Made by a program: the position numbers and the translations under genes
Part shown: piece by piece, positions 37,869 to 47,360 of the stretch
Layout: each line of letters begins with the position of its first letter
Numbering within the stretch: position 1 is the first letter of the stretch
Source: Selaginella moellendorffii
Taxonomy: Eukaryota; Plantae; Lycopodiophyta
Length of the DNA: 64,000 nucleotides
Assembly: GCF_000143415.4 (NCBI RefSeq)
Contig: NW_003314296.1
Location: 1,277,858-1,341,857, forward strand
Direction of reading: 5' to 3'
The notes under the pieces: generated by a model
Told to the model about the DNA's origin: nothing
The model's database searches: none
What the model saw: the letters and a program-made list of their open reading frames with translations, nothing else

Positions 37869-40800
37869 TCATCCCCCACGAACTTCAATCACGTCTCCAT
37901 CCCTGAGCTCCACCAGCGGCAGTGCGAGCTGCCCGTTCACGTACATGATCTTGTTGTCGATGCCCATGCGCTGGGCTGCGTCCGAGACTGTGCTCCCGGT
38001 AGGCATTCGAACGATATCACCGTTTGGCCACGAGATCACCAAGACCTCCGTGAGAACAGCCGAGCTCGGATCATCCGGATGCCGTGCCGCCTCAAAGTGG
38101 ACCTCTTTTTCCCACTGGAGCATCGATCTCAGCAGCTTCACCTGTGTTTTCGCAAACTTTCCTTGTGATGGAACGCAAAAGCATTTCGCTTCCTTACCTT
38201 GTTGTTAAGTCGCGTTGTCGCCGATCCCGAGCTTAAGTTCTGGCTTGACATCGATGTCCCAGCCTGGGTTTGGAGCTCTATCTCGATTCCTTCATCCACC
38301 ATGGTCATCACTTCCATGTACTCTTTAAGTTCGCGAGCATCCAATTCTAGCAGCTGGAGAAATGTTGGCAATGGACGGTGAAATTGATCCTTCTGTTCGT
38401 CAGGCAGCCACAATTTTTTTTACTTGCCTGCCTTGAAACATAAAAGCAAGGAACCACGAACCTTGTGATAGATATGATCCCCGCATAAGACATATTTCTC
38501 GAGACAGGTATCCCAATCACCGTGTCCCGGAGCAAACCACCAGCTTTTGGCCACCTGATACTTTCCCGCTCCAGTTACGGAGAAACAAAACTGTGAACAA
38601 ACCTTGCTGTACATGTACGCAAAAATCTTCCACCGATCCTTATCGTCGAATGAAGCTCCAGATACTATAGCTTCTCCAGAACTTACAGCCACCAGCAGCT
38701 CTTTCCCATCATGGTCTACTCTGCAAGTAACACAATTAAAACCGCGAGTAATTGGATTCAGGTTTCACCTTATGACAACAGCTGCTCGGAGACTTCCACC
38801 TTCGATTCTAAGAGCAGGGTATCTCAACTGGACTTGCTTGGAGGGTGTAGACGATGATGGTGTTAGATCCGTGTCCGAATCTCTGCCATTTGTCGGCAGA
38901 TCCTGCGTCATAACTGGAGCTCCACTCTCTTTGTAAAGCCAATGAGCAGCATTTCCGCTCTCTGCTTGTTCATGCATCAGCTTGTATCAAAGACAAACTT
39001 TGTGTAAGTAAAAAGAATCTTAGTAAACTCTCCATACCTGAGTACGAATTTGCACCTCTAGGGGGGCACCGTCAGGTCCTCTCACAGCCGTGTGAAGAGA
39101 CTAGAGGATAAAACAGCTATAGATTAATTCAACCTGAGACGCAGCATACCTGGTATCCACTTGGTTTTGGATTCAAAATATAGTCGTCAAACTCCCCACT
39201 AATAGGCATCCACAATCTACAGAGCGATGCTCGCGTTAAGTGGTCCTCAAAGTAAAAGAATTTGGCAAAGAAATAAATTACCTGTGGACAACGTCAAGAA
39301 GGCTGTAACACCCTTTGATGGCAGCCACATGGAGCTTTCCTCCACCGTCTCCAACGACAACTCTCAAAGCACGAGCATCATAAATTTGATCCAGATGAAC
39401 ACCTTTTCTCTTCATCTGCAAGCCTTGGTAAGAGTGTGTGACCGTAAAACAAGCGAGCTGTCACCTTGGAATGCGTGCTATACAGGCTCTTTAATCGACC
39501 AGATAGGGTTACTTCAGTTCCAGGGATGTATCTATAAGTTGCGGGATTAGTACGCTGAATGTAATACTTCGGATTGGTAAGAACCTTACGGTGTGGAAAT
39601 CGCGACTTCTTTATCAAGTGCCTCTTCGCAAAGGGAGAGAGCCGCAAGCGCAACTTTAGTATCTTCGATCACCTTGCTTTTGGACAGAGACGGTGGCAAA
39701 CCAAATTTTTGCTTTCCACGATTTTTACGACCTGAGAGCAAGTCAAATGGAATTACTGCATCCAGGAGATCCTGCACAAAAAAGGACCATAAGTCTAGTC
39801 AGTCAACAAGCTCTTTAGTAAAGAACCTTCATTGATAAATCTTCTATCTCTTCGTTGCTCTCGTCCTCGGTGGATTCCGTGCCATAAATCAAGGCTCTCC
39901 TTTTTTCCCTCTTTGTCATTTTCCTGTAGTGCCTGACCTCCTCGTCAACTGACCACATTGCAGCAAGTCCAGACCGTAGCTCTCGAAAAGTTTGCGGCTT
40001 TACAGAAACAAAACGTTAGAAATCTTTAAGGAAAACTTCAGGACCGCACCTCAAGTACAGCAAAACAAAGATCCTCAAGCTCCGCTTTGACGGTCCAGAC
40101 TCCAAGTCTGGAAGCGAGTGAGCACCAAACAGCTAGTGTCTCTTGTGCTACAGCACGCGCCTTTGGAGCAGGCAGAGCATATCTAAACCAACCATTAGCC
40201 GTTAAAACTCGCGTCGCACATAAATGATTTAGCTTACATTGTCCTCATGTTATGCAAGCGATCAGCAAGTTTCACGAGAACTACTCTGGGATCGTTAACC
40301 ATTCCTAGCAACATAATGCGCAAGCTGTCCACCTGGAAATACAAAAAGCATGAACATCTCTGGACAGGCACACGCATTATTTCTTTACCTCCTCCGAAGT
40401 TAATCCATTCCCAAATTCTTCTCTTTCATGTGCGGTTTTTCTTCGATGTCTGCGCAGCAACTGCCTTAAAACACATGAGACTGTTTCTGAGCACTCGTCT
40501 ACGGCCGTACCTGGTTTATGTAGCTCAGCCTAGAAACGCCTGCCACAAGGTCAGCCACATTATCACCAAAACTGGTCCGTAAGTCATGTAAGCTTCTCGT
40601 AGTATCGTCAACTACATCATGTAAAATTCCAGCAACAACGGTGTCAATTGCCTGAGAGACAATTGGTTTTAGCGCTTTGAAAAGGTGACAAGGACGCAAA
40701 AGAAAAAGAGCATTACCTTGGTTCCCACTTGTGGAACTAAAGCAGCTAAAATCTTAGCAGTATGAATGCAATGTGTTATATAAGGATCACCCGTCATCCG

Positions 40801-41376
40801 CATCTGTCCAGCATGAGCTTCTCGAGCGTAAGAAACTGCTCTCTGGACCTGGAGGAAACAAAGCATTTACGCGCACTTGATCGAAAACTACACGATTGTC
40901 GATCCATACCTTCTCATCTTGAAAAATGGGATAGTCACTAACATCAACTCCATCGAACACCAAGCTCGCTGCTGGCGATCAAGAACAATGTAAAGAAAAA
41001 GAAGAAGACGAGAGCGCGCCTTACTTCCATCGTCAACTTTCCCGTTTCGTGGATCACTGCTCGCCTGTGGAAGAATGCATGCTCCATACGCCACGGCCGC
41101 CGTGACCGCAACTTGAGCAAAGGTCATGAGCGCCACAGCATGAGCCGAGGCGGTCGGAGCCACAGTCCTGAAAGCAGTGCTCCCGGTGGCGAGCAGCTGC
41201 CCCACGGACGCCAGCGGCACCTGGCGGACGACATGATCCAGCAGCAAGCTGCTGCGACAAACCGGAAGGAGAAATCGCCGCCGCTTCCTCCTCACTGTCG
41301 ATCGATTCTTGCCGCCGCCGCCGCCGCCGCCGTCGCAATGCGCCCACAGCGCCACATTCCCGCAGGCGCAATCCAT
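37869..41376 (-). CDS. RSH: RelA/SpoT homolog, (p)ppGpp synthetase/hydrolase, with C-terminal TGS-like domain; many short introns
   Basis: AHAGQMRMTGDPYITHC, HD motif ILHDVVDD, KLADRLHNMRT, GRLKSLYS, YDARALR, KPSGYQSLHT, EVQIRT, MHEQAESGNAAHWLYKE, C-terminal MPTGSTVSD..VNGQL..LRDGDVIEV. The N-terminus resembles a plastid transit peptide. Confidence 0.95.
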
Positions 41377-41734
41377 GCCGCCAGCGGCAGCAGCAGCATC
41401 GCACAGCTCGCGCGCTTCGTTCTAGCCCTAAATCCTCGCGGAAGAACAGCGAGTGATACTACGCCACTCCGCCATGGCCACCACCGCAAGAGGACAAAGC
41501 GCTAGATACCCGAAACGTGGCTCTTTCCAAATTCTACACGTGTCACAATAATATCCTCTAGAATATTCCACACTTTGAAAATGTGAGTTGACCCCTTCAA
41601 CACGGAGGGGGAAAGTTCTTTCCATCTCTTTCGATCGCCCAAAAAAAAATCTCTTCGCTACTTCGCGGCACTACCTACACGATCGCATCGTGTTAGTCGA
41701 TCAAACAAAAATATAGAAGCAGCAGCTAGAAAAC

Positions 41735-42139
41735 TCACGAGATTGCCTGGCGCCGCCCTTCCTTCTTCACCAAAACTCTGTCCCCCTCGCGAGCCACCGT
41801 GATCTTCTTATACACGAGCAAATCGTCCGAGTCCACGCTCAGAGCGCCGCTCGAGCTCAAGCTCCGCCCCTCCAGATTGTTTGCTGCTCCATCTCCATCA
41901 CTCACTACCACGACTCTCATCTCGTAGTACGTATCCGTCCCAGCCATGTCCACCGGGACAAACTTGTCCGAGAAAGGAGCCACCGAAAGCCTGAGCCTGC
42001 CAAGCTGATCCCTGTATCGGTCCCGGAAAACCACCGTTGCCGGTGTCTGGTTGCAAATCCAAGTAACTCGCTGCAAATCCATGCTGCACGGCTGCGAGTC
42101 GGACGTCTTGATTCTGGAGAAGCATCCCAGCTTGAACAT
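41735..42139 (-). CDS. Small uncharacterised protein (~134 aa from MFKLG; ORF is open to 42289)
   Basis: GC-rich intronless ORF. The pattern NQT..VVFRD..TYYE..LSVDSDDL..YKKITV recalls a small beta-rich family of non-seed plants. Start codon uncertain. Confidence 0.6.
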   Translation of the reverse strand: MFKLGCFSRIKTSDSQPCSMDLQRVTWICNQTPATVVFRDRYRDQLGRLRLSVAPFSDKFVPVDMAGTDTYYEMRVVVVSDGDGAANNLEGRSLSSSGALSVDSDDLLVYKKITVAREGDRVLVKKEGRRQAIS

Positions 42140-43926
42140 CTCCTCGCTCGAAGAACTGAGACCAACTGTATGGAGCTTATAAACTGCCGACCACCAGCAG
42201 TTTAGTCGCCCTGTTCGGCCCGCCAGAGCTACAATCGGGCGACTATTGAGCTCCGTGCCGTACTCGGACAAGTATCCATCGCCGGCCATTCTTTCTGTGA
42301 AACATCAAAATATAAGTCAAACACTTCCCTGGAACGCTGAAACACGAGCTAGCTTCATTACCAGACAGCCGAGTTGAAGTTGAAGATCTTGGTGAGCGCA
42401 AAGTCGTCGAAAGGGAAATAAAAAAAAAGTCTCGCTGGAAAAGCCTACATGTGGAGAGATCAACGAAGGTACACAGAAAGTAACAAGCTTAACTTGCTGC
42501 TGCACATGACTAAAGACAGTGGGCTCCTTCAATGCTGCCGCTTTTCACACCCAACTTGAACAAACCACCCTTGTCTGCAAACCAAAAACAAAAAGACACT
42601 TGCATCAAACCAGAGAGAAGACTTGGTAGAGAAAGCACACCTCACTCACAGGCTTAATCTAGGTAAGATGTTGCAGAGAGGACTCGTGCAATGCGCCTGA
42701 GCGGATAGGTGTGAGTGACAACGACGCTGCCTGCACCAACAACAGCGTATTAGTCAGAAAGAGGAAAAACAAGTGATGCTAAGAGTAAGATAAAGCCACT
42801 ACCAAGAGCGCAACAAATGCAGCGCAGACGAAAGAGTTTTCGGCCTTACTCAAACCGCTATAGCGTCGCGACTTCTGAACGGAAAAATAGTTCGACGTAT
42901 CATCAGTAGTACACTGGCGTTACACTTCCCCGTCAATTCGCGATAGTTTTCCTCGAGAAAGACGTTCTCGCTCCCCTATGAAACAATCAGACACCACCAC
43001 CATCAGTAAAAATTCCATACAGCACTACTGGCGAGCCATCCTCCAACAAAAACACACCAAACATCTCCCTCCCTATGAGAGGGAAGTAACAACCAAAGCA
43101 GAAAAAAGAGAGGCAGAAAACAAAGAAATCACAAACTATTAGAACCTGTCCCTATCAAAAGCTCAGTAGCTTGCATTCATGCTGCACCTTCGGACCCGCT
43201 GCGCACCTTGTCTGCTTCATTTAACAATTGGAAAATGAAAAGCAGCTTGATGAAATATACAAACATTCATTACCTTCACAACGACAGCAAGGCGGTGCTC
43301 ATCCATCAAGATTCAAAGCTTTTGAATTCTCTGCATCCAAACAAGTTTAAACCACAGATTCATTACCAGAGAGAAAAAGTAAGAGAAAACAAACAAAAAA
43401 AAGAGGATCATACCTTGTTGTCAAAGAATTATTACTTCCAGAAGATCTGCACAGATCATCAAACATTAACGAGCAACGGACTAAGAAACATAGAAAAATC
43501 TCGCCTATACACCAATCATTTCAAAGTAAACATTTGGTGATTGCTTTCGCCGTTTGGAAACAAAAAAAAGAGTTTCGTAGCAAGTGACATAGTTTAGTAC
43601 TTCTTCCCAATCTAGAGGAGGTAGAACCTCTAGAGGCCAGGAAAAAAAGGCCACTGTACTGCTAAATTTCGGAGGCCCCTTGGGAAACACACACGGCTTA
43701 CCCAAGCAGAGGACCTTCAACCCCACTCAAACTTATTGTCATGAATCGCCTTCGTCTCGATCTTATCTAGAAGGTCTGGGAAGAAGAGTGAAAAACAAAA
43801 GGAGAAAAGAAGATGAGAACTTAACAAGAGATTAACCTGAAGAAGCCGTGTCGAATGAATAAAGGGACCACCCTTCGTGTCCTCCTCCCGTCCCACTCCA
43901 CAGTATTTACAAAACTTCGTGTGGAA

Positions 43927-44853
43927 CTATTCGCTCTTCCAAGCGTAGAGAAGCAACGAAAAACCAGCCGCCGAGACGTGTGAAGCAGCAGTAGCAGCAT
44001 CTTGGGCTGCTGCTCCTGTTCCCGGCTGGACTCGCAAGCTCGACGAGCAAGCCATGGCGTCTTTCATCCACGGCCTCTCGGACGAGACGCACGTCTGGAA
44101 CATAAACACGGCATTCCCCAGCGAGGGATTGAAGAGCCAATTGTGCACGTCCCAAAACACCTCCACCGGCAAGCCGTCGACGAGGATGGTCTGGTTCCCC
44201 CTAAACTTCCACATAAGCTTCTTCACCTGGATCACCAGCTGCCTGTCCACCCTCACGTAAAGCCGCGGCTCCCGAGCTCCACTCGTGTGGCACTCGATCA
44301 TAATGTCGTGAGTTTTTCCACTCTCGCCAAACTGCGCCTTGGTGGTGTAGTACCGCTTCCCAAAGACGTGCTCCCGCCGCGAGAGAAGCATAGCCTCGAT
44401 CGTCGGTGGCCTCGCCTGCGTCTTCTTGTAAGCCTCCCTCACCATATCGCCCAGCAGCAATGCCACCTCTCCATCGGAAACAATGGCGAGGTAGAAACCA
44501 TCTTGCGGTTCCGGCCCGCAGAGATACTTGGCTGAGGAGAGGTCCCAAAAGACCTCCACTTTCTGCCCATCCACCTCCATAGCCTTGGATCCCTGCTTCT
44601 TCCAGAAGAACCACGGCTTCATGTCTACCTTGCAAGTGTAGTGGCACGCTGGGTCGTCCACATTGACGCTCAATCCCTGCCCCATGAGATTCTTGCACCA
44701 TGTCACCGTGATCAAGCGGCAGTGGCCCCAGAGCTTGGTCTGATAGACGCAAGTCACCAGATTTTGCGTCATCCGGGCGCCCATGGACATGTCCGCAACC
44801 TGGACGCCGTATTCGCCGAAGCAAGAGGGGAATCCATCCGGCATTCTCAGCAT
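43927..44853 (-). CDS. DUF868 family protein
   Basis: FPSCFGEYGVQVAD, QNLVTCVYQ, ITVTWCKNLMGQGL, CKVDMKPWFFWKKQGSK, VFWDLSSAK..GPEP, VKKLMWKFRGNQTI, VFWDVHNWLF, FSLLLYAWKSE. Intronless. Confidence 0.95.
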   Translation of the reverse strand: MLRMPDGFPSCFGEYGVQVADMSMGARMTQNLVTCVYQTKLWGHCRLITVTWCKNLMGQGLSVNVDDPACHYTCKVDMKPWFFWKKQGSKAMEVDGQKVEVFWDLSSAKYLCGPEPQDGFYLAIVSDGEVALLLGDMVREAYKKTQARPPTIEAMLLSRREHVFGKRYYTTKAQFGESGKTHDIMIECHTSGAREPRLYVRVDRQLVIQVKKLMWKFRGNQTILVDGLPVEVFWDVHNWLFNPSLGNAVFMFQTCVSSERPWMKDAMACSSSLRVQPGTGAAAQDAATAASHVSAAGFSLLLYAWKSE

Positions 44854-45420
44854 CGTCGCGGGAGCGCCGATAATCTTGGATGGATTCTGGCGATGTTCTT
44901 GCCGCAATGCCGCAGGAATCTTGGGGCTTGGATCCGAGATCTTGCTGTCAGCCAAAAGCAAGGCAGCTCCGCTTGTCGTGGAAAGAGCGCCGCTCCTCCT
45001 GTTCCTGTTCCCCGAAATTCCTCATCCGGGAAAGATTCCAGGCCGTCGCCGTCGCCGCCGCCGCACAGATCTTCTGTCGAGGCGCTGGAGCTCGAGGAAT
45101 CAAGAACGCCAAAACCCTAGGCCTAGAATATGAGTGGCAAGCGATCGAAGTGACCTGGGAAGAATGGAGGCCTCCGCCAATGCGGCCGCGTCGCGATTCT
45201 TCCAGCGCCCGGCACGAATTCGCCACGCCCTAGCTAGAGCGCGCAAAAGCAATAAATCCTCGAGCTTTTGGGAGCTAGGAAGAGCTCGCCCAAGCACTGA
45301 CTGGTATCCCCCATTTTACACGGATAACGGAACTAGGTAGAGAAAAAGCTCGCCTTTAGCCAAAAACGCTACCTAGCAATCGTGCGTTCGAATCCAGTCC
45401 ACTCAAAGGCGCCAAAGCCA

Positions 45421-45461
45421 CACCGTTGGATCCACACACCATTCAAACCTCGGCCGTTGGA
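45421..45461 (-). promoter_or_regulatory. Two MSA-like elements upstream of the DUF868 gene
   Basis: TCCAACGGTG and TCCAACGGCC on -, 31 nt apart. Confidence 0.45.
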
Positions 45462-46039
45462 TTTGGGATTGGTCAAATAGTAGTTTTCTCACGACTTTAA
45501 AAAACGGGAAGGTGGAGGTATAAAGAATGTCTGATACCGCGGCATATTCTGCACCTTGCACGACTATACATCATGCTCTGCGCAAATGCGCCAAATTACC
45601 ATTAGATTTCGTGATGGTGATGCCTTACATCACAAACCAAGCTAACCTAAAATAAATAGTTCCATGATCCATGATTGGTTTTGCCTCCGTCAACTTTCCT
45701 AGAAACAAGCATGGTTGATAAATTCCACGTCAACCTCCTCGACTTACGTAACAAATGGTCCAGGTTTGATACCTCGTGTCAATCTTTGGGGAAAAATTCT
45801 CCCGGCTTTTGGCATGTAAAAAAGGTGACAAATCTCTTCATATACACTGTCCCACACCATCTTGTCAAACACCAAACTTTGGATTTTTTGCTTGTTTCTC
45901 CACGCCACGAAACATGAGAGAGACAGGGAAGGCTGCAAATCTCTAGGAAATCATACTGTGCCTTGTTGATGCGTTAAGGTGGATTTCAAGTGATCGCAGC
46001 TGTTTACAACGATACATACCTTCTTTGTTAACATTTTCT

Positions 46040-47340
46040 TCGCTGGAGGTGGAGCCAAAGTCGAGATCCATCCATTGCAATGCGATTGTTAAAGAGCTTC
46101 TCTAAAATCTCCCAGATTGAGGCCGCGGACCTGACAATCGCGGCAATGTCACTCCTGACAAGTAGACCAGAAAGAAACAACAACAAACAAACCTGATCGT
46201 TTCCACCAGTGGACCAAGTTCGCAAATTGACATCATCGCTGCTTCCTCGCATAGCGCACGAAGGTCGCTCCTAGAATGCCAAGCCGCTTCCCACAGTTAG
46301 AAAGCAATATCTGGGGAAAAGAACAACGTTACAATCTGTGTCTTTCACGAGCTTTTCCAAGTCAGAGCCTGTCAAAACCGAAGGATTCAGCGAGAAAGAG
46401 AGGAAAGAAAAAAAAAAAAGCAGAACTTTCCCACTTGACATGGGCTGTCCTTTGAGAAGATTTTGTAGGAGTGACCTGCGGCCATCAGAGTCAGGTAGTG
46501 GACGCATATTCTCTTTCACCTGGAGAGGAAAAGCAAGAGGAGAACTTAAAAAAAGGATCACGCGTTGGACTCACGAGACGCCTCCGTACTGGATCATCTA
46601 TTTCCACTGGCCTGTTAGTAGCACCTGTGACAAAAGAAATTCTCAGCTCAATGGCAATGAATATCGCGCGCTTTACCCATCACAAAAAACTTCGATCGTC
46701 CTTGATGGCTCAAAAATTTTCCGATTTGAGCCTGCGACCAGCATCATGTTCATTCGAACAAAATGCTGCCTATCTGGAAACGATTCGAACTCGAAGTTTC
46801 ATGTGGGAAGCCCAACCCACTGCGTAGCAACTAAGCATAAGCTCCACAGACTGATGATAGAACAAATCTTACCCATTTTGAAGTGAACGACGAAGAAAGA
46901 ATGCACTATAGGCCGCTCAGATGCCACTGCCTTGGCCAGCAAGCCTGTTAAAGTGGGCGTCAGGCAAAAAGCAACGCGGCTTTTGTTTAAAACCTGGAGC
47001 TGGTCTGCGAAAATCCCTGAAAAGATCACTCCTTTTTTGTAGGAAGAATAACCATCTCCATCAAAGCGTGCTTAAGTTTGCAAGTCCAGCTGCAAGAAGT
47101 AGCAATGTTCACGCAAGAAAAAAAAAAAGGACAAACACTAAGAAACATACCAATGATGGCCTGCCATAGACAATCTTACGTTTGATAGAAGTTGTCCGCC
47201 ATTGGAACGACGATCACCACAGACGAGCTAGAAAGAACAGTTTGTGGCTGTAAAGTTCCAGGCTTCCAAAATCAAAAGAGAAATCACAAATACCGGTCGA
47301 ACCTGAGTTGTGATCAAATTCTCCAGCCAGAGCTTCGCAT
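46040..47340 (-). pseudogene. Spastin/fidgetin-like AAA+ ATPase pseudogene (introns retained)
   Basis: AGL..KHALMEMVILPT..RSDLF..RRPA, GLLAKAVASE (Walker A deleted), NEHDAGRRLKSE, GATNRPVEIDDPVRRRL, PLPDSDGR, SGSDLRALCEEAAMM. Frameshifts present. Confidence 0.85.
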
Positions 47341-47360
47341 CGCTCATATTTTTCTAGGGC

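Noticed and set aside
42928-42939. 12-nt match to SSU rRNA antisense (CCCCGTCAATTC), possible C/D snoRNA nearby
   Set aside because: No flanking rRNA similarity and no properly placed CUGA D box; consistent with chance.
44002-45340. Multiple alternative-frame and antisense ORFs over DUF868
   Set aside because: Shadows of a GC-rich CDS and leader; no recognisable motifs.
45351-45414. tRNA-like sequence (CGCCTTT..GTTCGAATCC..AAAGGCG-CCA)
   Set aside because: No T-stem, D-arm or anticodon arm can form; too short.
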